Positions 37,248 through 49,850 of a DNA stretch of 64,000 bases are shown here, piece after piece. Position 1 is the first letter of the stretch, and each line of letters opens with the position of its first letter. Origin of the DNA: Amoebidium appalachense (taxonomy: Eukaryota > Protista > Ichthyosporea); assembly GCA_963693365.1 (NCBI GenBank), contig CAVNZM010000002.1, positions 16,463,615 to 16,527,614 on the forward strand, in the 5' to 3' direction. Position numbers and translations under genes: made by a program. Under the pieces are notes generated by a model. That model ran no database searches and was not told the origin of the DNA. It worked only from the letters and a program-made list of their open reading frames with translations.

Positions 37248-38658
37248 CTTATGGGGATTGTTATGTCAACGTGGAGTCAGGGGGGGGGGGGGGGGGGGGG
37301 GGGAGGGGGGGCAATGAGATATTATTTGGCTGATACAGTAACTGCGTTTATGAATTGCACTTTCCACCGTCCGATTACAGTTAAATGGATCCAAAGTGTA
37401 TGTGTGTCTGTGTGTGTACACGTGTGTATGTGCGGGTGTACATGTGTGAGTATAAGTGTTCATGGCCCAGGGTGTTTGGTGGGAATGTGAGTCACAGTGT
37501 GTGCCAGTGAATGACTTTGTACGTATGGCGAAAGTTTCAGAAGTAAAGGTTTGCATTAAGGGCCCTATCCAGTGGGGCCTGCTCCGGCTGCACCCGGATT
37601 TCTCACCCGCAACTATGGTGCCAATACGACATCTTATAATTACTCTATATCATACACAGGCATCCTATCAGAACCAGATGCAGTATTCCCACTAGGTAAG
37701 ACTTAAGCAATCAGAAAACAAGGGTTGGCAAACGGCTGGAAAAACTACAAGGATCAGACGTTAAATCAATAATGCATACGAACATGAACAGAACATCTCA
37801 GATGTGCTACAAATCATTACTTTGCATTATGTTGAATAAATCAAGCGTTGTACAGATTGTTTTATGGACTTGCTTGCTTTTAACTATTAAAAATTAATGC
37901 TGACACTGACAACACACAAGTCTAATTTTTATGGCATCCCCCCCCCCCCAGACTGTTGTGTCCCTTGTGTGTATACGTGTGTTGAAGTGGGTTCTTTGAA
38001 CGGAGTTTTAGGGGGGGGAAAGGCAACGCGACACCCACACTGGGGTGTACTTGCGTGCATGTGTATGTGTGCGGGTGCATGAGTGGATGGGTGTGTGCAT
38101 GTGTAGGTGTGTGTGGGTGCATGCGCATGTGCATGAGAGGATGTATTTGTGCACGTTTATGTGTGCTGGTGCATGAGTGGATGTATGGGTGCATGTGTAC
38201 GTGTGTGCATGTGTGTGGGTGTGTGTGGGTATACGTCCATGGGCGCATGCGTGGGTGTACTTGCGTGCATGTGTATGTGTGCGGGTGCATGAGTGGATGG
38301 GTGTGTGCATGTGTAAGTGTGTGTGGGTGCATGCGCATGTGCATGAGAGGATGTATTTGTGCACGTTTATGTGTGCTGGTGCATGTGGGTATGTGTGGGT
38401 ATACGTCTATGGGCGCATGCGTGTGTGTACTTGCGTGGGTGCACAAGTATGTGTTCTTGTGTGCATGGATGTGGGTGGTTGTGTGAACGTTTGTGTGAGC
38501 ACTTATATGTACACAACTTTTCTGTTGTGACCATGTGTGTACCCTAGTATGTGTATGTATAAGTGTTTGTGTGTGTGTGTGTATGTGTGTGTATATGTGT
38601 GTGTGTGTGTACACGTGTGTGTGTGTGTGTCCGGTGTGTATGAGTCTGTGTGTGGGTG

Positions 38659-38696
<38 letters not shown>

Positions 38697-38780
38697 GAAG
38701 GGAGGGGCTGGGGTGGTGAGTGCCCATGCGTGCGCGCTGGTATTCGCGTCTGTCTGTGTGGGTGTGCCTGTGTGTGCGCC

Positions 38781-38826
<46 letters not shown>

Positions 38827-39385
38827 TTACTTATCTCACTCCCCCCCCCCCCCCCCCCAACCCTTTTCCCTAAATTTGCTTTTTCTGCTTCCACCTCTCG
38901 CCCTCCATGTCTCTCTCTCTCTCCTCCCTTTCTCTCTCTGTGCGTGTGTGTGTTCGAGCATACACACATGAACACCTAAGGGCGGGCAAAATGGGTGGCA
39001 GGGTCCTTGGGTTGGGCGGGAAAATCATTGTCGATGCGAGATGCAATGCGAATTATTATGTCGGTACAAGCAATGCGTGATTTAAACTAATGCAGGGATT
39101 TTAAAGCGGCGAACTTAAAAGACTTAGTGGAAGCAAGCCGGGGCTCTCCGCATATGTGCTGCTCCGCGCGTCTGGGTATATAGGCACGCTTTCGAGATGC
39201 TTTTGAGGGAATAGGTAAAGGTGGTATTGTGCAGTAACATATAAAGAAGGTTGATGTACTGCATTACAGGTGTACACATGTGCGTAGAAGGGAAAGTAGG
39301 GGCCTTGAAGGCGAGATTAGAAGTGGGAGAGGGCTACGCCGGCATGTGTGCGGGCTATATGAGGCGGTTCTCCCTAAAACTCTAG
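33146..39385 (+). CDS. Putative spliced gene or pseudogene of unknown function inside the inverted-repeat-bounded segment
   Basis: ATG exon 33146-33199 ([18 protein letters not shown]|GTGAGG). Exon 33931-34236 ([19 protein letters not shown]...[19 protein letters not shown]...AASYH|GTAAGT) needs one frameshift near 34033. Candidate exons at 34717-34799, 37561-37695 ([44 protein letters not shown]|GTAAGA) and 39270-39385, the last ending at a TAG inside the right repeat. No family recognised. Confidence 0.4.
35055..37190. repeat. G-rich higher-order minisatellite, ~200-bp unit, 9 copies of the core, built from GAGGGGTCTGAT 12-mers
   Basis: Core GATATGCCATTGGGGTCGCCGGGTGGTGAGGCTGGTCATGATGAGGGGTCTGATGGGG recurs near 35320, 35547, 35743, 35943, 36142, 36320, 36440, 36648 and 36849. 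Confidence 0.95.
38043..38440. repeat. ~210-bp tandem duplication of TG/CATG-rich sequence
   Basis: GGGTGTACTTGCGTGCATGTGTATGTGTGCGGGTGCATGAGTGGATGGG... near 38043 and 38253. Confidence 0.85.
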
Positions 39386-39919
39386 GGTGATTCTACCGAG
39401 AGTATGCCAAATCGGAAAATGCAACTTGAAATCCCACCTGTGGCTGTCTTTGAAGTTCCTCGAACGAAAAGCCTCAGAGTAAACGCTATACTTTTATAAA
39501 CAGTGTTTCGGCTGTGTTTGTAATGTTTGGAATTATAAAGATCACTCAAACTTGTTACTTGCAAACTTGTGGTAAACTGGTTCTCGAAACGCGGATGACG
39601 GCATTATGTTCGAGCTAATTAGTGCACGTGACTGGTGCCCCCCGGCGCCCCCCTCCCCCCCTTGGCCCTCCCCCCCCCCCCCCCCCCCCCCCCCCCTCCC
39701 CCCCCCCCCCCCCCGGCCCCCTCCCCTCTCCCCTTCTCCAACAACACCATAAATACTGGCGAATCCACCGCCAATCACCCACACAACCATTCACTCATAC
39801 ATGAGACCCACACACACGTTACATGTTTAAGTGCTGGGTCGCTTGGTCTTTCTGAAAGATCAGCCTCAAATGCACTCTATGCACCAGCATTGTGATTCGT
39901 TTTACGTGGTTCAAATAGC

Positions 39920-40078
39920 CATGCAGTGGCCAACGGCACCTCCATACATGGAATACCGCCATTAGTGGCGATGTTCTAAAAAAAAAAGGTGCTCGATTGT
40001 GTGGGACGAGATTTCGATGTCCAATTATTTCGCCTTAAAAATGTGGATTGCTTCAACTGCGACATCGATCATCTCTAG

Positions 40079-40115
<37 letters not shown>

Positions 40116-40549
40116 TTCCCCCCCCCCCGGGGGGGAAACTTTCAAGTTCCAGGACCTGCCCAATGTCCGTCCCCAATGCCAAGGGCTCTCAGACTGCAGG
40201 GGGTGACTGAAATTAAATCATTGGTACTTTCAAAATAGGGGCTAATTATCTTAATTTTTCAGGGACCATAGCTTAAATAATCTTAAATTTTTCCTTGAAC
40301 CATGGGGTGGGTTGTGTCCACGGGGAGGGGGGGGGAGGGGGGCTGGGGGGGGCACTTCGAATTCTATTCTTATAAAAGGAGCCGTGACTATGCTAGCTTA
40401 AGGGCAGTCATCTCAAACAATACTTCAAACACTGATCTTATACACAAACAAAGTCCAATCAATGGTGGTTCTGGGAGCCTCGGGCACATGTGGCTTTCAA
40501 ATTGCATACATACCACGGCAATGTGTGCACATAAGGCGCACTTGCCAAC

Positions 40550-40594
<45 letters not shown>

Positions 40595-40852
40595 GCGCGC
40601 GCGCGTGCCTGTGAGCTGTGTGTGCATGTGTGCGTGTGTGCCAGTGTGTATGTGCGTGTGTCTGCGCACGGGCGGCACGTATGTGTATGTCATGGTGTGA
40701 ATTTTGTCGATGTGTATGCACGCGCGCATGCACGCACGCGCGTGGCGCTGCACGAATGCGCTTGTGTGTATGCCTGGGCATGCTTGCGCGTGTGCTTGGT
40801 GTGTGAGTATGATGCCATATGTACATCTCTCTCCCTCCCTCTCGCTCTCTCG

Positions 40853-40895
<43 letters not shown>

Positions 40896-40914
40896 CTCTT
40901 CCTCTCTCTCTCTC

Positions 40915-40947
<33 letters not shown>

Positions 40948-41158
40948 TGCTCCACTTTCTCTTTCCAGATCTCTCTCTCTCTCTCGGTCCCCCCCCCCCT
41001 CCCCCCCCCCCCCCCCCATAGGAACATTCAGTTAGAGGTGAAGACAACCAGGACGGTGAGAGTGGTGTAGTGTTAGCAATGCATATCCTTCTCGACAAAA
41101 CATCGTCACTATTAACTCGCCCCTTGCTCTGTGCAGCATCCTCCCCCCCCCCCCCCCT

Positions 41159-41206
<48 letters not shown>

Positions 41207-41437
41207 CTCCCCTCCGCGATGACCTTAAATATCCACCAGGTTTGGTAGACCCTATTATCTTAATTTTTGAAAAAAAAATAGCACTATTTATTCTAATTTC
41301 AAATTATCTTAATTTCAGGCACCCCCTGTGCTTCAAAATAGGGAAACCTGGGATTTGCACACGGGTAAGGAGGGTTTGGGAGGAGGATGGGCACATTTGA
41401 GTACGGAAAGAGGAAATAGAACGGGAGAGCGGCAGCC

Positions 41438-41468
<31 letters not shown>

Positions 41469-41750
41469 ATTGCAGCTTACGAAATAAGGTAAATCAACTC
41501 TATCAAGTGCACGTGTGACTATTGAAAAAGAGAGGGTAAGTTCTTTCTTTCCTTTTTTTTTGGGGGGGGGAGGGGGTGGGAAGCTCACGATCGACAGCAG
41601 CGCTAGTACCTCCCCCATTAACAAACACCAAAGGAATGAAGTGGGACAGCTACTGTTTAACCAAATACCTCATGCGCCCAGCCATTCGGATCCTCCCAGC
41701 CATCCCCTCTTTGTCCCCTTAACATTTCTCCGAGAGGAGGGGGGGAGGGG

Positions 41751-41784
<34 letters not shown>

Positions 41785-41870
41785 ACGCCACACCCACCCC
41801 AAACCCCATCGTGTTCCCCACCCACCCAACTATCCACAGGTACCGCCATGATGATATGGTGGTACCTGTA

Positions 41871-41940
<70 letters not shown>

Positions 41941-42456
41941 CCACCCACCCCCCGGGCCCACTGTCTCCCCTCAGCCCCTTAACACACACGTGCACACACC
42001 CCTAGGCCTGACCCATCCTCCGCCGCTGAGCCCGGATATTCCTCGATACCGCAACACAAAATGACACACCGAACAACGCTTCCACCTACAGGCGACTTAA
42101 GCACCTGCATCGTGTGACACACACATATGCATGTACACACATGCGCACGCGTGTCCACGTGCACACTCACACACGCACACGCACACGCACGCACACATAC
42201 ACATACGCACACACAGTCTGGCACACAAACAGAGTCTCACCGTCACCCCTAATGTGACTCATGCACCTGCACCCACATGTAACATACATAACTGACAACA
42301 TCGGGGATCATCGGCTGGGTGGCCCAGGGGGTAACGCTACTAACGATTGGGGGGACAGAAACAGAGCCTAAAGTACAATCTTTACTTTCCTAAATGTGGA
42401 GGGGTGGGCAGGGATTATGTTGTGTGTATCCAGATCCGTTAAGAAGACAGAGAGGG

Positions 42457-42542
<86 letters not shown>

Positions 42543-42649
42543 ATGTTTTTTTTTTTTTTTTTTTTTTTGGGGGGGGGGGGGGGAAGGGATGCAGGGCGAG
42601 GAGAAGGGGGGGGAAGACAGGGCAGGGGCCCGTGTCTGGGGATGATGGT

Positions 42650-42709
<60 letters not shown>

Positions 42710-43748
42710 GGTGGCTGGGTGGGTGGGTGGGTGGGTGGAGGGGGGGGGGGGGGGGGGGAGATGCAGGGCGAGGAGAAGGGGGGGAGGACAGGGCAGGCAC
42801 CCGTGTCTGGGCATCACCACTTGATGTGCCTCTGTATGCATTTAGGAACACAACCTCATGGTCTGATGGGCATGGCTCTACGGGTGGGAACCGTCTAATG
42901 CACTTCTGCTTGCCATAACACTTTGATGCATGATATGCACCAAGTGTTATGTTGTCATGTGCAAGATGTTAACAACGTTGGTGCATATGCTTTAGACCAG
43001 GTCGTGATTCCTTTAGGTTACCTCTTTTCAATTAATTAACTTGACAGCATAAGAAGCAGAAATGACTCAAATCTAGAAACATGGCTCGGGGATTAATTAA
43101 GGCGCCTCATGATAGGTATCATTAGGCTAACTAGGCACGGTGGTGGTAATACATTTCTGAGCTATTTTTCTTTTTTCCTCTTTTTTTTTTCTTCTTAGTG
43201 AGGGCTCGAGGTGTGTTCGTGGCTGGGGGTTGGGTGGGGGTGCGAGAGGAAAAGAAGTGGGGGGGACGGCGGGTGGTGGTGGTGGTGGGTGGGTGGGTGG
43301 GTGGGTGGGTGGGGGGGGGGGGGGGGGGAGGGGGGGGGGGGGGGGAGGGAGGGAGGGATATGACGGAGGTGTAGAATATGTTACAGAATACGACATGTAC
43401 ATGCATTGCGACGAAAAAAAAAAAAAATGATGCAAAACTTGTCAAGCACATCGTCGGAGAGTAAGCTATATTCATCACTGAGATAATCCACAGTACCTAA
43501 TCATAATGATTGGACCCATTCACCTCGCATGCGAAAAACAACTCAGATACACAACGGTTTCACTGGGGAGATGACTGAAAATGTGAAGAAATGAATCGGC
43601 AGTGTGTGTGTGAATGCTAAGTGTCTGCAGAGCGTGTGGGTGTAGGGGGGGGAAGAGAGGGCACAAGCACACATCCATGTATGCGTGTGTGCGGACGTGC
43701 CTAAGCACGCGCACCCATGTGTGTGTGTGTGTATGTGTTCGTGTCAAG

Positions 43749-43788
<40 letters not shown>

Positions 43789-43790
43789 AT

Positions 43791-43834
<44 letters not shown>

Positions 43835-44229
43835 TGGTTTAGAGTGTGTTAGAGAAGGAAGTACACATTCAAAACGGGCGTGCAACCCACACAAAGAGTA
43901 TGCATAGGGTGCGGGTGTGGCTGTAGGTGCAGGTGGTCTGTGGTGTGTTGTGAGTGTGTGTCTGTGTGTGTTCGTGCGGGTGGATATGTGGGTGTGCAGG
44001 TTTGTGTATGTGTGTGCGTGTGCATATGTTCGCATGTGCCGTGCGCGTGTGTGTTCGCATGTGCCGTTTGCATAAATATGGATGTGTTATTGTGTGTGCC
44101 GTACACACGCACGAGTGCGCATGGCACACGTGTGTGCGTGCGTGTGCGGGGGCTGGGGGGGGGAGCGGGGGGAGGGTTGCACGTGTGGGTGATGTTTGTG
44201 TCACGTGCATGTGTGCGTGTGGATTGTGT

Positions 44230-44264
<35 letters not shown>

Positions 44265-44696
44265 GTATGTGTGTGTGTGTGTGCATACGTGTGTGGGGTG
44301 TATGTGGATGGTGTGGCCGTGGGTCGTGGCTGTGTGGGTTTGTGTATGTGTCTGTGTGTGTGAGCAGGCATGTGTCTGCAAGTGTACAGGGTGTACGGTT
44401 TAAAGGTGTGTGTATATGTGTGTGTATGTGTGAGTGTGTGGGTGCGGGTGCATGTGCATGTGTGTGTGTGTGTGTGTGTGTGTCCGCGTGTGTGTGGGAA
44501 ATAGGAGGGAAGAGGGGGGGGGGGGGGGAGGGGGGGGGGGGGGGAAGGGGGGAGGGGGGGGATAGGGGGCCAGTACTTCGTGTACACAGAGAGCAACCAG
44601 CTGCTGCTTGCATATTCCAAAACGACTTTCATTCCTTCCGGCAAGTTCGCCAGAGATAATACTTGCTGTACATTCGAAAAAAATATCTGTCAATAG
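39920..44696 (+). other. Scattered candidate small exons of an unresolved plus-strand gene
   Basis: Unique-sequence islands with AG/GT borders between microsatellites, e.g. 41022-41055, 42846-42883 (NTTSWSDGHGST) and a terminal-like frame ~44567-44696 (GQYFVYTESNQLLLAYSKTTFIPSGKFARDNTCCTFEKNICQ*). They could not be chained unambiguously. Confidence 0.25.
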
Positions 44697-45231
44697 GGTT
44701 TCCAAAAAAGGCAACAACACACGCTTTCTCGAGCCTGGTACAACTTGGAATGGTTGATGAGACTTAACCATACTAATAGCACTGCCGTGAATCCTACATA
44801 AATATGCATTAAACCCAAGTCGTAGATAAGAAAAGATTTAATTACCAGGCTAAAGTGTCCCATTATATGTGAATAACGTATACAAGAAAAACTCAGGGCC
44901 TAGCCGTGCCTATACGTTCAGTAAAGCTTGTAAGGTGAAGAAAACTATATGTACAAACCACTTATACCAGCTTCGCGTTATGAGCCGTTCAAACCAAACC
45001 TAAGTTTGGGGTCAAACCAGCGGCCAACTTCCAATCAACGGAAACCGTGTCAGCCAAAATTATGTATCAGCCCAAAATCAACACAGTGTACTTCTGATAC
45101 AATGAGCGTGGGCACACCAAAAAAGAGGAATGCCAACTATAAAAGAACATCAAAGGCCAAAAAGACCGACCCCATCCCCTAAGGGGAGAACAGATGTCTA
45201 GTTTATGTGTGCGCTATGAAGAGCACAAACC

Positions 45232-45879
45232 CTACAGAAGCAACATGCGTTCCACCGAGCTTCTCCTCCTTGCCTCCCTTATTTTCCTCGCTTGCTCAAA
45301 CTCCCTCGTCAACGCCTTTGGCGCACACAACACCTCTACCTTCCCTTCGAAAGCAAACATTAAATTCATTTGCAACATGACATGCGCGTCTGACATGTCC
45401 GTAGTCTTTTCTCCATTCACCGACAAGATTGAATCCCCCGTTCGCATTTTCGCTTTAGACGACGCAGAAGACGGAACAAGATCCAAAATACTACCTTGCA
45501 TGTACATCAGTCCCAATCTTTCCGCAACTTTCTTCTCCAAAACGTATTTCTTTATCAAGGGGGCATCTGTGACGGTCAGCTCTAACTGTTCTGCCTCCAT
45601 GAGCAAATCACGCACCTGTCTTGCCGACACTGGCCCAGTAAGTGTCAGATCGTTCAACTCGTCTAGCCTGTCACCCTTCCTCAACCCCAGTTTCCAAGCA
45701 CACGAGTGCTGGATAACGTCCGTGATGTATATTCGTCCATCCAGTCGGCAGAGGCTGCTTCCAAAGTCCTCGCCCCTCGGCTTTGTAACACGTATATAGC
45801 GCCGAATGGGTGCTGCATCTCGTTCGTCCGCATAGCGGTCGATGTTCTGCTTGTAGTATGTCATCCTGACGTCTGTCAT
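45232..45879 (-). CDS. Syntenin-like tandem PDZ protein, intronless, 215 aa
   Basis: PDZ1: RYIRVTKPRGEDFGSSLCRLDGRIYITDVIQHSCAWKLGLRKGDRLDELND. Linker TVTDAPLIKKYVLEK. PDZ2: RLGLMYMQGSILDLVPSSASSKAKMRTGDSILSVNGE. The short PDZ2 and linker match the syntenin (SDCBP) layout. Confidence 0.85.
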   Translation of the reverse strand: MTDVRMTYYKQNIDRYADERDAAPIRRYIRVTKPRGEDFGSSLCRLDGRIYITDVIQHSCAWKLGLRKGDRLDELNDLTLTGPVSARQVRDLLMEAEQLELTVTDAPLIKKYVLEKKVAERLGLMYMQGSILDLVPSSASSKAKMRTGDSILSVNGEKTTDMSDAHVMLQMNLMFAFEGKVEVLCAPKALTREFEQARKIREARRRSSVERMLLL

Positions 45880-47099
45880 AACAACGACGAAATGCCCCAG
45901 TTGGGCAAACGGAGAAGGGAGAAGTGCCTATGCCCAACCCATGCAAAACCACAGATGGTTTTCTGTGGAGTCCGCAGTTCTTTGTGTTTGTCCAAGAAAT
46001 AGACACCTTCTGACTGGTTAAGACAACGAGAGGGAAAAGGGTGCCTTTTATGTCAAAAATGCTGGAATATAATGCTTTTGAGTTTATGTAAAATGCGCAA
46101 GAAAGTGTTTGGTGAACAGGTGTTAACTCCTTCACCACAAACTAAAGGTGTTGTCTCCCCAAAAATTGTCGCAAGCAGATGTGAAACGACTCCGAAGTGA
46201 CCTGCAAAGCCAGGCCCAGTCTACCAGCAGTGCCTGCTTCGGCTTGCTTGCAAGATGAAGAGTGCTAGCTCTGGGCTCTCAGGTCAAAAAAAGCGACCGA
46301 AAGAAAAGTTGTCACTGTCAACTTTCTTGCCAATTTTCCTCACAGATAAGCCTTGAGGGTGTATGTTCGCTAGAGCCTACTGTATCCTATCTTAATGGTT
46401 CTACTTTACGCTTCAAACATTTAGGCTATATTTTTATATGTAGCTGTGAGTATATCGAATTCTAAGGTCCGGTTTTCCAATTTTCCGGCGCTATTGGCTT
46501 TCGTTTCTATCAAATCTTCGAACTCGCAGGTAGGCACAAAAAGTAAAAGGAAAACTTGGCAGCTGTGAAGCTTGCGGCAGCTGAGCGGTTGACTCAAATT
46601 GAACGATCACGTCACCGCGCTGAGGCACCTTGATTATTTTGACAGTGACTTGACAATTTCGAGGACAGCTTCAAGTTCGAAAAAGACATTCAGAGCATTG
46701 GAAGCTCACTTTACGCTCATAGCCTTTATACTATCAACCTGTAATAACCGAGTTTTTTTTTCATCGTTTTATCTTGAAAACTAATAAGCTATTTTTGCAA
46801 AGATGGTCGGTCTGACGCAGGTGGCTGAATGCAGAGTCAGTGTCGACTCCTCGAGCATTCGCTTGTGTCAAGCGCCTTGAATTGATCAGGATTTGAACGA
46901 GGTCTAACAACGTCTCCCTGTATCACACGACCCCTACTCACGATGAAACGACCTCGGGTAAGACTAAAAATGCGACAGCTGCATTTAAAAACGCACGCAG
47001 CTTTCATGATGAATACATTATAGGTTTTACTTATAGTTTTTCGAACCCTGGGATTTATGGAGGGAATACTGCTTAGAAATAATGGTGTTACACTATCAC

Positions 47100-49850
47100 T
47101 GTGGGCGTGGCGGTCGATCGCGACGTCTTAAAGAAATTCTTGGAGTCTAAAAATACATATTATTAAAAGATATAATAAGAGTCAATGAGCTATCATGACC
47201 AAAGCAGGGTTTCCCGTTTTTACACCTTGACTAATGATGGCTTTGCGAGAAAAATTGATGAGCAAGGGCTAATGTAATTGCCTAATAGCTGTGCCAGACT
47301 ATGTAATACTCTTAAAAACAGATCCAAATTTCAGAATGTAGTAAACTGTACCCCCGGTCTTGAAATACTGACCTAGCAGCCCATTGGTTCGTTTCAAGCT
47401 GCGTCCAATCAGATTATCGGATGCAGTTATCCAATCAATACCAGGCTTTTCACGACCCGAGTCATTCGAGTCTCGACCCGAGTCGATCGCGCCGACCTCC
47501 GACTCGCAGCGCATTGAATATCTCGTCAATGCTCCAACTAATGAGAAAATTTGCATATGGAATATTTGTAAGAATAATACATAAGGTCAGTCATCAGTGT
47601 AGCCGCTTTACATAAATATTTTTGTTTTGATAAGATCCATCTTGAAAGAGATCTATACAATGAACGAATGCGCCTAGGTGTCCAGAGCATGTTGAAATAT
47701 ATCCTTTTTACTAATATCCCATTTACAAAAAATAGCAGTATATAAGTTTCTTTCTCGTTCTGATAGAGAAATCAAAGGTAAAACTCAGTCGGCATGTGTT
47801 ATGTTCCTTAGGCAACACCGTACTGATCATTATCGCTTTTTGGGAGCTTTGGCAAGATACATTTCTCCTGCTGTACGTATGGATACCACCCTAGTAGAAA
47901 GTCTGTATGGTGCTCTGATGTTGATATTGCCTGGGAAGCTGTGCAGTGGCGTTGTAATTTTTGTTCCATCGCGCCACTTTTGTGCTGAACTTATTAATCG
48001 CAAGCATGTTGATAGGTGTGAGTTTTTATGTCGCGTTTTACCTCTTTCCCTACGGGTGTCTGCTACACTGGCTGGCAATGTGACCACTTAAGACTTTTTG
48101 TTGAACTCTGTTGGTCGTCACATTGAGTGTTTATATGAATTTCACACAGACGTGTTCAGGTATCTCAGTATGCACTTGTTACTGGATAGGCTCGTGGAGT
48201 TTTTATTGTCTTCTCAGTATGCCGTGCATACTTGCATATCTTTCCGTCGAATAAATCCAGTCAAAAGAAAAAAAGAAAAAAAATAGCAAACTTTTGATCG
48301 CCAAGATTTATCAGACACGAGCTAACGGCAAGGCACACGTGAGCGCCTGCAAAAAAAACTGTTGCAATACGTATACAGAACCATGCCATAGCGACATTGG
48401 CCTCAGTTTGCATATATCAGTTTATTTCAGGTTATGGGTAAATGCTCTAATATTAGCATTTCCATGTGATACATATGTAACTGCCAACATAACCGGGCTA
48501 TGATGATCCTTAAGCTTTTGCCAGTGTGGCGTCATGGCAGTGCTTGTAGCGGTCCGCTCGCGCGCCGCCTGAGCGCCATACGATACGCACCTTACGTACC
48601 GTTCGTATACCGTATACATACATGCCATGGTATACCCTGCAACTGCCATACCACGCCACGCCTCGATTCGAATTCGCTGCTGTTGAATGTAATAGATATT
48701 ATTATGGTTGGGGAACTTAGTCAGATCCAGCATAACGCCTTGCTATCGCCGACGGTGTAGGTTTCAAAAGAGTATAAGGGACATAAATAAATCCTTATCT
48801 AGACGTCGACGGATATCGGAGATTGCATCGACATCATGTGGCTCTTTAGCCTTGTCAACATTTTGATGCGAGTGGGCCGGTATGTCACCAAGTCAGGTCT
48901 ATGGTAGCTGTATAGAGAACCACAGCCTCCAAATCATTACGAGAATACACCCTCTTTTCACTTCCCCCCAGCTGTGACACGCCGGAAAACTTTTTACTGA
49001 GCTCAGGGGCCGTCAGGCCTAAATTTGCGGTGCACACGGTGGCATAGCATGCCAAAGAAAATTCCGAAAGCATCATTTCATAAATACCGGAAAAGTATTT
49101 TGTCGTTTAAAGGTTTTCTTTTGACTGGATTTATTCGACGGAAAGATATGCAAGTATGCACGGCATACTGAGAAGACAATAAAAACTTCACGAGTTATCC
49201 AGTAACAAGTGCATACTGAGATACCTGAACACTGTGTGAAAATCATATAAATACTCAAAGTGACGACCAACAGAATTCAACAAAAAGTCTAAAGTGTTCA
49301 CATTGCCAGCTAGGTTGTGTGTAGGGCCCCCATGTGGCCAAGGACCTCGCCGGCCGCCATGGCCAGCTGAGCTGAGCCGAGGGTCAAGCAGCGTTAAAGA
49401 CTATATTTTCAAACAATCGATCTTTGGTCTAATAATTTTGGTATTAGATTCGGTGAAACTTTTCTCTTAGGATATGTACGTTACAAAACCAATTTATCAT
49501 GAGGCAGAGGTCGACGCGACAGCGGTTCCCATCGCCCTGCCGTAGCTAACTGTGTGAATTGATCAAACCCCCTTGATTAAAACATGGTTTTTTTAAATTG
49601 TTTTTCTCGTTTTCATTTTTACAGATGGCGTCATTTTTTACCCAGCCCACGTACATGGTGCCTCCGACCGGTAATTTTCTTGTACATGAGATTGAGCATC
49701 GGATCATCGGAGCGAAGCAAAAAAATAGCCTCGGCAGGCACGCGGGGCTCAGTCGTCGTTGCAAAGCTTTCTGCAAAGGACTTTTTCAATCGTTGCCAAA
49801 GGCTCGTTTCTTTCCCCCCCCCCTGCTGAGGCTCCGTTCTATGGCGCCAT
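47100..49850 (+). pseudogene. Probable highly decayed Crypton-type tyrosine recombinase (Ndc10 domain II-like) remnant, split by a foldback insertion
   Basis: Stop-ridden plus-strand peptides in the expected order: ESKNTYY*KI**E (~47145), LKEIYTMNECA*VSRAC*NISFLLISH (~47640), GKTQ...FLRQH...LGALARY (47777-47860), MASFFTQPTYMVPPTG (49625-49672). Matched by eye to motifs recalled from CryptonF/Ndc10-II. The region is AT-richer and free of microsatellites. Confidence 0.35.
48071..49310. mobile_element. ~1.24-kb foldback element with ~200-bp inverted arms
   Basis: Left arm 48071-48271 (GCTGGCAATGTGACCACTTAAGACTTTTTGTTGAA...GAATAAATCCAGTCAAAAGAAAA) matches the reverse complement of 49114-49310 with scattered substitutions and a 2-bp indel. 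No target-site duplication or internal ORF recognised. Confidence 0.85.

Larger units (their letters stand above)
32378..39422. mobile_element. 7,045-bp segment with perfect 40-bp terminal inverted repeats and 9-bp flanking direct repeat (Mutator/Pack-MULE-like, non-autonomous)
   Basis: GCATTTTCCGATTTGGCATACTCTCGGTAGAATCACCCTA at 32378-32417 and its exact reverse complement at 39383-39422. AACTTGAAA lies immediately outside both ends (32369-32377 and 39423-39431). No transposase ORF seen inside. Confidence 0.65.

Noticed and set aside
40225-41345. Shared ATTATCTTAATTT / TTCAAAATAGGG motifs at ~40.23-40.29 kb and ~41.25-41.34 kb
   Set aside because: Short, same-orientation fragments without definable ends; probably old repeat debris.
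45194-45799. 201-aa plus-strand ORF with a signal-peptide-like start
   Set aside because: Antisense shadow of the syntenin-like PDZ gene, which has clear domain motifs.
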